Source: Mobula hypostoma (lineage: Eukaryota). Taken from it: a DNA stretch of 64,000 nucleotides. Position numbers and translations under genes: made by a program. This document shows, piece by piece, positions 14,827-28,548 of the stretch. The DNA is taken from the NCBI RefSeq assembly GCF_963921235.1, contig NC_086097.1:200076001-200140000 (forward strand), written 5' to 3'. Below the pieces are notes generated by a model that was given only the letters and a program-made list of their open reading frames with translations, was not told the DNA's origin and did not search any database. Within the stretch, counting starts at the first letter, position 1, and each line of letters opens with the position of its first letter.

Positions 14827-14967
14827 TATCTGCTCATCTTGTCCCTATTACTTTGCCACCCATGGGAACTTGCTATATGCAAACTAACTGCAGCATTTTC
14901 TTACATTACCATAGTGGCTGCACCTCAGAACTCAGCATTAGCTCTAAAGTGCTTCGGGGTGTCCTGA
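14827..14967 (+). mobile_element. DeuSINE-like (SacSINE1/AmnSINE1-type) 3' remnant
   Basis: tgggaacttgctatatgcaaactaactgcagcattttcttacattacc...gctctaaagtgcttcggggtgtcctga resembles the DeuSINE 3' consensus as I recall it. Confidence 0.55.
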
Positions 14968-15106
14968 TGTCAGTTTACTGACAATTCAAGGATAAGTGGG
15001 AGAGGACACTGTGAGAAGGACATGAAGAATCTTCATATAGACATCAGGACAGTGAGTGTGTAAAAGTCAGTAGATTTTGTAGTATAAAAAAGCATGTTAT
15101 TTATAT

Positions 15107-15560
15107 ATGGTCTTTCGGTCAGAAACCTCAAAGCAGGTTGTCATGGTAGAACTGACAGTTCCTTGGGAGGACTGGATTGAGGAGGCATTTGAATGTAAGA
15201 AAGCCAAATACCAGAAGCTCATAGAGCAGTGACAGCGACAGGGGTGGAGGGCTCGATGTGAGCCTACAGAGGTGGGGTATAGAGCTTTTGCTGGCTGCTG
15301 GCTGTGCAGAACCTACTCTCTCCTCGGCATTACAGAGGCTGCAGAAGGAAAAGAGCCATCAGGACCATCACAGAGGCTGCTGAGAGCTCCATATGGCTAT
15401 GGACCAAGTGGACCAGTGCTGCTGGGACACCAGCCCGGGTCCTGATCAGTCCTGGTTGGGTCGCCTGGGTGACAGTGTCTGACGTTGAAAGACCTGACAC
15501 ACCCAATGACCCCAGATTACATCACTGATGATGTGTTCCAGCACATTCTAGGGTGTATCT
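15107..15560 (+). mobile_element. HERO-clade non-LTR retrotransposon 3' fragment (restriction-like endonuclease)
   Basis: Reads KQVVMVELTVPWEDWIEEAFECKKAKYQKLIEQ*QRQGWRARCEPTEVGYRAFAG; after a frameshift RAIRTITEAAESSIWLW; then a 3' UTR. Confidence 0.8.
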
Positions 15561-15709
15561 CAGCATCATGTCGTGTGGGATTAATGAATGTTGCCATTTA
15601 GATATCGTCACAGAAAGCTAACTTGCAGACTCACACTTAATTATGAAGGCAAATGGAACATTGGCCATGTTGTAGGAAAAATGCACTACAACGATGGGCA
15701 AGTCACAAC

Positions 15710-16620
15710 AATAGAACATAGACATAGAATAGTATAGCACAGGAAAAGGCCCTTCAGCCCACAATGTTGTGCCGATCCAATTAAATTAGTAATCAAATGG
15801 GCAACCTAACTAATCTCCTCTGCCTATACAATGTCCATATCCTTCCATTTTCCTCACATTCATGTGTCTATCCACAAAATCTCTTAAAAATCTCTCACAT
15901 ATCTGCCTCTACCACCACTCCAGGCTGCACTTCCCAGGCACCACCACTCTCTGTGTAAAAAACTTGCTGCTCACAGCTCATTTGAAATGACCCCCTTTCA
16001 CTTAAATCCAAATTCTGGTTGGTTTTGAAGGATTTGATGAACAGCATGAAGCTCAGTGCAAGGCTGAAGAGTTTGCAAATAGGACTTTAGCTTAAAAGCA
16101 CTTTTCACAAAAACATCTAGACATAAGGAGCTCTGGTTTCATATATTTCAACCCTGAGGAAATGATACTGTTCATCTACTCTATCTTACAAACCTCTATC
16201 AGATCTCCCCTCAGCCTCCAACACTCCAGAGAAAACAACCCAAGTTTGTCCAACCTCGTGTTATAGCACATGCCCTCCAATCCAGGCAGCATCCTGGTAA
16301 AACTCTCTGCACCTTCTCCAAAGATTTAACATCCTTCCTTTAATGGCGAGACTAGAACTGTATGCAGTACTTCAGATGTGGCCAAAATAGAATTTTATAA
16401 AGCTGCAGCATAACTTCTTGACTTTTGAACTCAGTACTTCGACTAATAAAGGCAGCATGTCATATGCCTTCTTAACCACCCTGTCAATCTGTGTAGCTAT
16501 TTTCAGGGAGCTATGAACTTAGACTCCAAAATCCCTGTGTTTATCAACATGGACAAGAGTCTTGGCCCGAACAGTGTGCAGTCTCTTTATATGTGACCCA
16601 TCAGAGTACAACACATTTGT
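15710..16620 (-). mobile_element. CR1 LINE 3' fragment (second subfamily) nested in an older plus-strand CR1 (~14970-16990)
   Basis: atagaacatagacatagaa tail, CR1-type 3' UTR and a decayed C-terminal RT. Confidence 0.7.
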
Positions 16621-18160
16621 TCAGGTTAAAGATGATCATGGGTTTCTCCCATCACTTTCTCGATTATAGAAGCATAAAATGGAACTTAATAGGATAGAGA
16701 GTACAATATTGCTCCTGGTAGGGTAATCTAGAACTAGAGGTGTATTGTACTAAACAGACCACTCAGTTAAGACTAAAACAAAGAAGTGCTTCTTTTCTCT
16801 GTGGATTAGAAATGTTTACAATTCTCTTCCAAAGCATACTTAGGATATTGTCATCGAGCATATTCACGGACAGCTTGGTATCTGGAATACAGGATTATGG
16901 AGATCGTGCAGGATAGTGGAATTGAGATCAACAATCAGATCAACCTGATTTTATTCACATGGGCAAATATGGCCCACCCCTGATCCCGTTCCTTAAGTCT
17001 AGATGTTCTTGTAAAAGTTGCCTTCAAGTCTTGTACTGAGTTTCACACTGTGCATCAAATCATTTAAAATAAGATGTGGCCAATTTGTGCGGCTAGTTTA
17101 TGCAACCAAACTCTGGGTATGCTTTCAGTCCACATTTTGTCTCCTCCAAAACTCTCCACGCTGACCTTGGTATAAACTCCAATTTACTCCTGTTTCCTGT
17201 ATGACATCTCAGTCATCTTGCACCATACCTTTCAGTTGTATTTTTCAGATCCCTCAGAGGAACTCTCTCCAAACACACATAATAAATCTACTAATCTGAC
17301 AAAAGCAGCCCTTTGCTCCATGATTGATGCTGGTGATTTCAGACACTAAACACCCTGAGTGAAAACAGAAATTGTTGGAAAAGCTCAGTGGTGCATACAG
17401 ATATGCAGTGAGAGAAGAACTAAAGTTTCAGGTCAATGACCTTTCAGGGATACATTTTGAAATTTTCTTCTTAAATCTCTGTTTTTATCCTACCTATAGA
17501 ATTCATATCAGAAGACACCAATCACACAGCTAATCACCACCCAAATCTCTCTCCTTCCTCCTTCAGTCTTCTCACATTCAACACCTCCCCTTAATAAGCT
17601 TTAAATAACTGAGTAAATCTCGATAGCTTATGATATAAGCGATCAAGCATAATAAAAGTGCAAAATATTACAGTTCCATCACAAATATAAACACATTTTC
17701 TGTAACAGATGGTTTTAAATTAAGCTGTGTGATGCTGATACCTCGACCATTGACTCATTTGCATGTTTTCCTCTAAATATTAATGAAGCTTAAGTCCCTG
17801 AACAAAGTAACAGAAGTGAAACTTTACAGAAAAGTGTACAGTGTATCCTGGACCAGGTTTTCCTGCAGGACCTGCCCAGGATAAGTGCTGATATAATGCA
17901 TTTACCAAATCTGTACCTGTAGGAGTAATCTTACAGACTAACACGCCCTGCTGCTGACAAGGCAAAGAGAGTAAAACCATGGCCTAACACAATGAAATAG
18001 ATCACATGAGAGGACTAAATGGCTAGCCAGCAAAAACCACACAGACCAATAAGAAAGAAACATACCTCCCCCCATATAGCTGCATTTTTAATGTTAGTCA
18101 AAGTATTGCCATGATCCTAAAATGCTTTGCTATTTGGAAAATGAATGTCTTTGCCAATCC

Positions 18161-18616
18161 TGTGACAGGATGTGCGGTTATGAGAGAGAGAGCCATTGAA
18201 GTGGATCAACAGTTCACTGATTTTAATGGGAACTGTGCTGAAGATAAGAGAAAATAAGCAATAAACTCTAGGCCAACAAGGCCATTAATTAGAACTGTCA
18301 AACTGAGCTAACGCTGAAACAGCGGCTTGGTCATAGTAGCTTAATGTGAATTAAATACTGCGCTCCTTAGCGGCATCAGGCTAAATGGTAGTCTTCTTTC
18401 CCACAACAAGGACAACAGTAAGTAGTAACTGTGGAACTTGCTCTGTTTTTGGTCAAATCTCAACAAGACTGCAATGAGAGGAGGGGACTTAAATATCACG
18501 GCAACGAAATGCTAATTGGCTGGAATGTGCATACTCTCAAGTGTGATTGGCAAACCTGCTCCACTGCCCACCTGGGAAGACGTGCAGACTCCGTGGTGGA
18601 GTCTGTGGTTGTGACA
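18161..18616 (-). repeat. 3' LTR (456 bp, TG...CA)
   Basis: Starts tgtgacagg, ends gttgtgaca; colinear with 21246-21821. Confidence 0.88.
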
Positions 18617-21245
18617 GAAATCCCCTCCCCAGGCATCAGAAACTTCTGCCTGCCAGAAGTGCCGGATGAGAGACTTGTTCAGGATGTTATTGGTGGGAAC
18701 ACAAGGATATTCCTCAGGCACATACCCCTCCTAATCCATGAGATACTGGACACTGCCCTGCACCCGGCGAGAAGCCAGGAGGCAGCACGCGGAATAGACT
18801 AGGGAACCATCCAACAAGTGAGGTGGGGGGGTAAGTAAGTCTGGAGCAAGAAGGGAGATTGTCACCAATTTGAGCTCAGAATCATAGAACACTATGTGGA
18901 TCTTCATCGATGATGGTAGGCATAATCTATAGGAGACCTTGTTGATAGCCTTCTCCACTATGAATCGTCCCACGTAGCTTGGAGCCAATGCAGCTCTCGA
19001 CTTTCAAGGGAAGATCCCTAGATGCCAGCCAGACTTCCTCCCCGGCACAACAGGCCTCACCTGTTGGCAGAGCCAATCAGCCTTCTGGACATGTTGCTTC
19101 TGAGTGTGCAGCAGAGAAGCCCTGGCCCATCTCCATGTGTGTTTGTAACGTTGGACCAACTGCTCACCAGCAGAAACTCCCATGTCAATCTCCAGATTGG
19201 GGAAGAGTAGTGGCTGGAAGCCTTTCTGACATTTAAAGGGGGATATGCCAGTAGAGGATGACTGGAGTTTATTGTGGGCATTCTCTTCTCAAACTAGTTG
19301 GGAGCTCCAGGTTGTGGGGTTGGAAGAGGCAAGGCAGAAAAGGGTAGTTTCCAGCTCCTGATTCACTTTCTCAGACTGGGAGTGGAGATCAGATACGAAG
19401 CTGGCTGTGGCTCCCACAAGAGAACAGAAAGCTTTCCAAAAACAAAACGTGAATTCGGGTGCAGTTGTAAGGCTGGTGCGGAGACAGGTAGGTGGCCTTC
19501 TTTTTGCAGAAGACCTCAAGAAGGTCAGTGTATTCAACCTGAATTCCAGAAAGATCTACCCCAGCAGTTGATGCAGGAGGGGATTTGCAGACAGGACTTG
19601 GACCCTGACAGGTAGACAGGCATGCTGATCACCACTCTTGGAGAGCTCCCAACCAGTAAATCCATGGGTTGGATTTGTAGACCAGTAAATCCATGGGTTG
19701 TGTCGAGATAACCAGGGAAGGCCAAGCACCAGCAGAAGTTGAAGCAAATCAACCAGACGGGAGGACAGCTCTTCCCTATTGCTGCATTCTAACACAAGCA
19801 GGAGGGGCTCTTTAGGAACGTGGGTCTTGCTGTTGCCCAGAAGCTGACCAGCCAGGGCCTTGATGTCAATATTTTTTCTCAATTGCTGAGTCAGAACTCT
19901 TTATTTTTGAGCCAGAGAGATATCCATGAGATTCCCAGCTACCCTAGTGACAATAAATGCCTGAAGCTCAGGGGTCCGAGACCCCCACAACAAGGAATCT
20001 GGGACCATCACATAACTAAGGGAAGGTGCTTGCAGGGAGAACTGATCCATCAGAACCCCGCTTCCTGCTGATGGGTATCCTCTTTTACAGAGTGCTTGGG
20101 ACATGAAGCCTAGAAGTGTCCTGGATTGCCACAATAGGGGCAGGAACCTGTTCTTCTTCACCACTCTCATTCCTCCTGAGATAGGCTTCTCCACATGCAT
20201 AGGCTTCTCCAGGGAATGGGTACTGGGTGAATGTGGGAGAGGGTGAAGACATCCCTTCCCTGAGTCACTCAGTTGCTCCGTTATCAACTCGAATGGCCAG
20301 ATTAATTAGGTCATCCTGGTTGCCCTGCTCATTACACACTGTGATTTTGAGGCAGATCCCTGTATTCAGTCTCCACTGGAAGAGAGTGATGAGGGATCTC
20401 TTGTTCCACCCCATCTCCACTGCAAGCATGCAGAACCTTACTGCATAGTCCCTTGCTGACCCTCTATCTTGTTGCAGGTCCAAGAGTGGTTGGGAGGCCC
20501 CCTGACCTTGTACTGGAATGTCAAAAACTCAACACTGAACTGTTGAAATGACTGGGCTGCGGGGAAACCTCGTTCCTGTGGAGCATTGAGCAGACTGATT
20601 GGGGGCCTGTCTAAGAGATCCACCATGTATGCCAGTTTATATGCATCATCACTAAACCAACCAAGCTGAGCTTAGAAAATCAGCTCACACAGGGTAATAA
20701 AATTCCTGCAGCTGTCGGAGTCACTGGAGTACCTGCCTGTAGGAGGAATACTCGGTTCTGGTCCAGACACGGGAGTCAAAGTAGTAGTGGCTGAGGTTGA
20801 TGAGGCTGTTGAAGTGGAGGATCTGGTAGATGCTGGGAGTGGGACTGACAAAGCTAAAGTCTGTTGAAATGTATTTGCAAGAGTGGTAGTTGCTGTCACC
20901 TCAGTCTGGCTGTCGGAAGTAAGCTGCTGAATCATGGCTGTGAGAGCAGGAGTCACTGCCGCCTGGTTCCTGCTGTCCGCAGTGAGTTGTTGAACTGTCG
21001 CTCTGAGGGGTGACACTGTTCTTCCAGCTGACTGGGCTCACCACTCTGAAAGTCGCTGTTGCGCTGCATGAGAGATGTCAGCCAATCCAGCCTCTACTGA
21101 TTTTAGTTTCTCCTCTGTACATTTGGTTTGGACTGGGCTTGTGTTCTGATAGTATCTGTTACACTGCTACAGTTACGTCTTGCAATGTAGCTTCAACTGA
21201 CTGTAACTTATCTGGCCAATGAATGTCTGAGCCAAGATCAGACTT

Positions 21246-21821
<576 letters not shown>

Positions 21822-23298
21822 TCCTGTGTCAGACTAACCTAGCACTGTATACACATTACCACCACAAATACTGGGGATTCCAGCAAGGTCTTGCTCCACT
21901 AATGGAATCCACTTAAATCCATCAGTGAAAAGCTGTAAGAAATTGCCAGCAAATATGCCAACGGGCTAGCAAATAGACCCCAGCAAAATCTAGACCATTA
22001 TTTAAATAACACAGATGATTTGTAATTCTAATGCACAGGAAAAACAGTTCAAAAAGGAATTCACATTATGTACAGGACATCATTTAGCGCTGTAATAACC
22101 TAAGCCTGGAAACTGGATTTTCCAGTGTCAGGGTTCTGTGCATTAAACTATACAATTACATGAAAGAAATCAGCCATAAATGAAAACCAGGAGCTGCATG
22201 GCCAACAATTTTTCTTCTGGTTCCTCTCTGCACTTGACATCAATGTACAGATGAGCCTCGACACATGCAATGGTACTCTGTAGCATAGCAAGTGCATATG
22301 CTGAATGTAACATCTGTAATTCTCATGTGAGGCCCAGGGGCAGTGAAAGACATTAAGGTGTAAGCAGGTCTTTCAGTGTATGTATCAGGGTTCCACTAAA
22401 AGGGACCTTTCTGAGTGGCTATCAGACCATGGTGTCTGGTACTTGGAAGCTGCCCTTTTGAATAACATACTTTTGCAATCTGAAAGAGCTCTCTTAGACT
22501 CCCCTACACATATTCCCTCAGACTGAGAGGTGGTGGCCCAAACGATTCCACCTCTTCCTCTCTCTCTCTCTCTCTCTCTCACTCACACACCTCCAATCAC
22601 CAATATATCAACGTGCACTGCCAACCAACTCCTGCATGACCCCCACCCATTATTATTCTGCTGGTTCTACTCTTCAACCCACTGTGAGCATCAAACTTCC
22701 AGTGGAGCCTTGCTACTGATCCCCTTAGCGATCTTTCACTGAAGACCTTCCCCAACTGATACCAACTCTCTCTCACAACTCTTAGGTCTCGTTCTCCCTC
22801 CTGGTGTGGGGACACGACTCCGTGTGCAGAGTGAAAGGCTTGCTCAGCTCTGGGTGACCTCATGCCCTTGAGCATTATGGAATTCTGCATCAGAAGGCAC
22901 CTGATCAAAATGCTTGTGGTTTGGTTACAGCTCACCCCATAAGCAGAATTCATAGTTATATTTGTTCCATTCTCTCTGAGACAGTAAGTTACTTTCTATT
23001 GCCCATTCCCAACTGATCCTGATCCATTTCAGCAAATATCCTGAAGTTACTCTCACAGTCACATTAGGTAGGAACACCAGGTTATGAATGACTTGAAAAT
23101 AAAAGAACAGTAAGCCATTTCTGAGACAGGATGATGTGTAACTTGCTCATATGGCTGTTTTGCTTGCCCTTCTACCTGTGGTCCACTGGTGGTGCAAGGA
23201 GCATTGATTAAAATGGTGACAAGGATTCAAACCTAGCAGTCAGTTTTGTAGATCATGGAAAGGAATTGGGATGTGAAGAGATGTGTCATACTTTACAG

Positions 23299-23378
23299 CA
23301 GGGATTCTCAACCTGGGGTTCATAGACCCCTGGGTTAATGGTAGCGGTCCATGGCATAAAAAAATGTTCTGAACCCTG
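23299..23378. mobile_element. ~80-bp hAT/Charlie-type MITE
   Basis: Decayed TIRs cagggattctcaac...gttctgaaccctg; homologous to 40056-40136. Confidence 0.6.
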
Positions 23379-25446
23379 TTTCAGAGGAGACACAGGTTTT
23401 GACCTCTACTTATGGTCATGACATTTATTTGCCTAAGCCTGTCAAGATTTTGATCAGTGGTAACCCCCTTCCCCCCATAGATGGTGGTGATTCAGTGATA
23501 GAAATGCTGACGAATATTAAGGGAGTATGATTAGATTCTCTGTTGAAGATGATCATTGCCAATCTGGCATGTTATGCTGCACTTATTGCATCATGCCTGA
23601 CTGTTGTCAAAGATTTGCTGCAAGGTCTGCTTTGTTGCCTGACAAATTATGTACAGAAAATAACAGAGAACTGTTCTCAATCAACACCTTCTGGCCCTTT
23701 GAAAGCAGGAAGATCACTAACAAAGCGGATGAAGATGTATGGGCCTTAGAAACTTTTGCAGTAATGCCTGGAACTGAATTCATTCTCTGTACATCTCTGT
23801 ACATTGTTTAACTCCAGTAAACACTTGTCCACAACCACCCCCGGCCCCCATTCACAATGACTTCAGATTTTTCTAGGACTTTATGGTTTAGTGACTCTTT
23901 GATGTTGTGCCATTAATTATCTCTCCTTACCTCTGGAATGCTGCTCTGTAATTAATACTTACACTAACACTGTAACAGTATCTGCAGCTAAGTGGCCTTG
24001 CTAGTACACAAGCTGCTGAGAATCAACACCAAGTTTTTGATAGATAAATGCTGCTTTGATGGATAGTTAATGACATTTTTCATCAATTTGCCAGGATGGA
24101 GAAGCATGCTGATAATGCTGGGAAAGATGGAGTTTTTTTTTTGAATTGCAAAGAAAATCTTACACTTCATTTGATTCAAAGTTCTTGAAACATAATAAGG
24201 GACAGAGGATATCCAGGAGATAAATAATTTAAACCAGTGTTCTCTTTTTGGTCCAGGATATGCCCTTGTGTGAAACATCTACTCAACTGAAAACAGAACT
24301 ATCTGTATGATAAATATGAAATCTTGCCTTGGTATGGCAATGATAATCAATACTTCATTCCCTGCAGACCTGAATTTTCACAGTTGTACAGATATGTGTC
24401 AAAGACAGTGTGTCTAGTGCCAGATGACCAGAGCTCTATCACAGACGCCAGCTCTGCTCCAACCAGTTTCTAAGATGGTTCAGTGAGAGAGACTAAGCAG
24501 AAGGGACAGCCACTTTGGACTATCCCAGAGTATTAATTAGACGAACTTCGTTATTGGGCTAGTTCCCCATATTATTGACTGCAGGGTGTAAATTAAAGCC
24601 GGTGAAACACATTACATCAAAACATCAGAACGTATATCAGAACAAATGAAAAAGCAACAAAATAAAGATAGTCAGTATTCCAAGCTTGTTTCAGACTAGA
24701 CCAGTTACAATAGAACTTTGTGTCTGGCCTAATCTGAAACAGGCATGCAATAAAGTCAATTTCTGTAATTATAAACTTAATATTTTCTGCTTCACCAGAA
24801 GTGATTTAAGCACCACTAATCCCATGAGTACCATAGGTCACAGGGAAAACTTGAAGGCAAAATGCTTGCAAATCTATTCAATGTTTAATTGACTGTTAAT
24901 GCAACTTTGCACTATCACACATAATGGAAATGCCAACATATTTAAAATGTGCCTATTTACATACCATAAAAATGTGAAATGTAAATGGAATTTAAAAATC
25001 TTCACTATTTTATGTAAATGTTAATTAATGGATATTTCTTAGTTTCATTTTACTATCATTGAGATGAAACTAATCAATTGGTAACTACATCCTGATGTGT
25101 GTAGCAGGAAAGCATGAAATCTGCAGTTATCAATATACAAAACAGAAATCTCACCGCCATAAACATTTGTAATTCTTTCTCAACTGTTTTAGGTATTGTT
25201 TGGAGTCTGAACTAGACACAGCCGATCAACTCCGTAATGCCAAATTTTCCATAGTGGAAAGTCTCAGAAGCTTTTAAGGTCATGCTGCTCTCAGTCTTGG
25301 CAAAGAGATCTGTACCCTCTTTGCTACAAACTCATGGAAAAGTTATTATTATTAATTTGAATTAATGCATTTAATTTATTATGATGTATTATTTATTAAT
25401 TAATTAATATTAAAAAAATGAAAGATTTACAAATTCAGCTTTTTTC

Positions 25447-25506
25447 AGAGTTAAGGGAGTTTGTGGTCCTGCTCGATGCACACAGACCACAAACTCCCTT
25501 AACTCT
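25447..25506. repeat. Perfect 22-bp inverted repeat with a 16-nt spacer
   Basis: agagttaagggagtttgtggtc / gaccacaaactcccttaactct. Confidence 0.95.
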
Positions 25507-26309
25507 AAAAATTAAAAAGAATAGTTGGTTCCTTTTGTCTGCCCAGTGTCATTCATTGGGTGGCAAACTTGACTTTGGCTGATAATGTTAAAGGAAGACA
25601 ATTTTACATATACTGTCTTGAAGTAATTGGGAATTAAAACCAAAGTGGAATTGAGCGCCAAACTAGACTGCCTATTCACTAAAGCCAAAGAAAAGAACAT
25701 TTCAATTAGTAAAGAGCCAGAACTAGCTCAAATATTTAACAACCTTTTGCAGAACCTTCTGAAGGTTACAATCTGGATCCTACATAAGACCATAAGATAT
25801 AGGAACAGGATTAGGCCATTTGGCCCATCAAGTCTGCTCTGCCATTTCATCATGGCTGATCCAATTTTCCTCTCAGCCCCAATCTCTTGCCTTCCCCACA
25901 TACCCCTTCGTGCCATGAACAATCAAGAATCTACCCCAATGTCTGCTTTACATATACTGTACGTTGCTGCCCATGGCAATGAATTCCACAGAGTTACCAC
26001 TCTCTGGCTGAATAAATTCCTCCTCATCTCTGTTCTAAAAGGGCACCCCTCTATTCTGAGGCCTACAATCATTGGAAACATCCTCTCCACATCCACTTTA
26101 TCAAGGCCTTTCACTATTTGATAGGTTTCAATTAGGTCACCCCTCATTCTTCTGAAATCCAGTGAATACAGGCCCAGGACCATCAAATGTTCTTCATATA
26201 ACAAGCTGTTAAATCCTGGAATCATTTTTGTGAACCTCCTTTGAACCCTCTCCAGTTTCAGCATATTCTTTCTAAGGGGCCAAAAACTGCTCACAATAAA
26301 CTAAGGTAG

Positions 26310-27550
26310 CATGCCTGAACAATTGGTGCCCTGATACATTCACCTCAATTACAAGCAAATGTTTTGAGAGGCTTGTTAAAGACTACATCTGCAGCATGCT
26401 ACCACTCACAATGGACTCCCTACAATTTGCCTACCTATGGAACCGGTCTACCGGTGACAGCACAGCCACAGCACTACACACCGTCCTCACTCACCTGGAG
26501 AAGAGGGATGCATATGTTAGAATGCTGTTCCTGGACTACAGTCCAGCACTCAACACTGCAATTCCCTCCAATCTTGACAAGAAGTTCTGCGACCTCAGCC
26601 TGCACCCCACCTTGCACAGCTGGAACCAAGACTTCCTATCAGATCGCCAATGGGTAGTTAGGATGGGCTCCCTCACCTCTGCCCTCTGCCCCTCAACACA
26701 GCTGCCCCCCAGTGTTGTGTCCTGAGTCCTCTTCTCTACTCTCTTTACACCCATGACTGTGCTGCCACACACAGCTCCAATCTGATGATCAAATTTGCAG
26801 ATGACATTGATCGGCCTTATTTCTAGCGGTGACGAGACAGCCTACAGAGGACAGGCTGACACCCCGACACAGTGGTGCCAGGATAACAACCTCTCCCTCA
26901 ATATCCAAAAAAAACAAGAGCTAATTGTGGATTACAGGAGGAACAGAGACAGGTTAGCCCTGGTCAACATCAATGGGTCTACAGTTGAGAGGGTGAGTTG
27001 TTTCAAGATCCTTGGTATACACATCACTGAAGATTTTATCCGAAGTATACGCACTGGCTGTGGGGCAAAAATAGCACAACAGTCAGGCAACAGGTGACTG
27101 AAGAGTTCGGCATGAGCCCCCAAATCCTCAAGACCTTCTACAGGGGCACCACTGAGAGCATCCTGACTGGCTGTATCACCGCCTGGCAGAGGTACTGCTC
27201 CAACCTTAATCGCTGGGCACTGCAGAGAGTGGTACGGACAGCCCAGCTCATCTGTGGATGTGGATGTTCCTCGATTGAGGATATTTATAGCAGCAGGTGC
27301 ATAAAGAAGGCCTGGAAGATCACTGGGGACACTAGTCACCCCAACCATAAACTGTTTCAGCTGCTTCTGTCTGGCAAACGGTACTGCAGCATTAAAGCCA
27401 GGACCAAGAGGCTACAAGACAACTTCTTTCTACAAGCCATTAGACTTTTAAATTCACATGGCTGTACACTGCAATGGAGTCATAATGCAAAGAGTTTTGA
27501 TCTCTCATATTGTGGGATGGAGATAGATTTAAATATATTCTAATTCATAT
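26310..27550 (+). mobile_element. Rex1/Babar LINE, 5'-truncated, nested in CR1
   Basis: DSLQFAY..RSTGD..YVRMLFLDYS, FADD, FYRGTTESILTGCITAW. Host CR1 stops at ~26297 and resumes at ~27561. Confidence 0.85.
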
Positions 27551-28099
27551 TCAATTCAACGTGAGGCCGCACCAGTGCTTTATAAAGTCTCAACATTACA
27601 TCCTTGCCTTTATATTCTAGTTCTCTTGAAATGAATGCTAACATTGCATTTACCTTCCTCACCACATACTCAACCTGCAAATGAATCTTTAGGGTATCCT
27701 GCACAAGGACTCCCAAGTCCATTTGCACCTCAGATTTTTGTATTTTAGAAAATAGTGAAACATTTAATTTCTTCTACCAAAGTGCATGACCACACACTTC
27801 CCAACACTGTATTCCAGCTGCCACTTCATTGTCCATTCTCCTAATCTGTCTGAGTTCTACTGTAGCCTCTCTACTTCCTCAAAACTACTTAGCCCTCCAT
27901 CTATCTTCACATCGTCTAGAAACTTTGCAAAAAAGCTAACAATTCCACCATCTAAATCATTGACATATAACATCAAAAGAATCGGTCCCAACACAGAACC
28001 CTGTGGAATACCAATAGTCACCAGCAGCCAGTCAGAAAAGGCTCCTTTTATTTCTACTCTTTGCCTCCTGCCAATCAGCCACTGCTTGTTAACCAGCCT

Positions 28100-28548
28100 C
28101 ATAAGCCCATAAGACATAGCAGCAGAATTAGGCCATTCAGCCCATCCACCATTCCATCATGGCTGATCCCACTCAATCCATACACCTGCCTTTTCGCCAT
28201 ATCCTTTGATGCCATGACCTATCAGGAAATTATCAACATCTGCCTTAAATATACGCACGGACTTGGCCTCCACTGCGGTATGTGGAAAAGCATTCCACAG
28301 ATATACTACTTTCTGGCTCAAAAAATTCCTCCTTACCTCTGTTCTAAACGGTCACCCCTCAATTTTGAGGCTGTGCCCTCTAAGTCTGAATACCTCTACC
28401 ACAGGAAACATTCTCTCCACACCCACCTTTCAACATTTGGTAGGTTTCAATGAGATCTCCCCGCATTCCTCTAAATTCCAGTGAGTACAGGCCGAAAGTT
28501 GCCAAACGCTCCTCATGTGTTAGCCCCTTCATTCCCAGAATCATCCTC
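28100..28548 (-). mobile_element. CR1 3' fragment nested inside the larger CR1
   Basis: A second ataagcccataagacatag tail plus FGLYSLEFRGMRGDLIETY interrupts the host RT. Confidence 0.75.

Noticed and set aside
17912..17975. Minus-strand CAGCAGCAG tandem acceptor as a micro-exon
   Set aside because: In-frame TAG after the phase-2 junction; the alternative donors are weak and do not preserve frame.
19652..19700. 20-bp direct repeat accagtaaatccatgggttg (similar local duplications at ~56382-56448 and ~61135-61177)
   Set aside because: Local slippage duplications inside dead retroelements; no sign of function.
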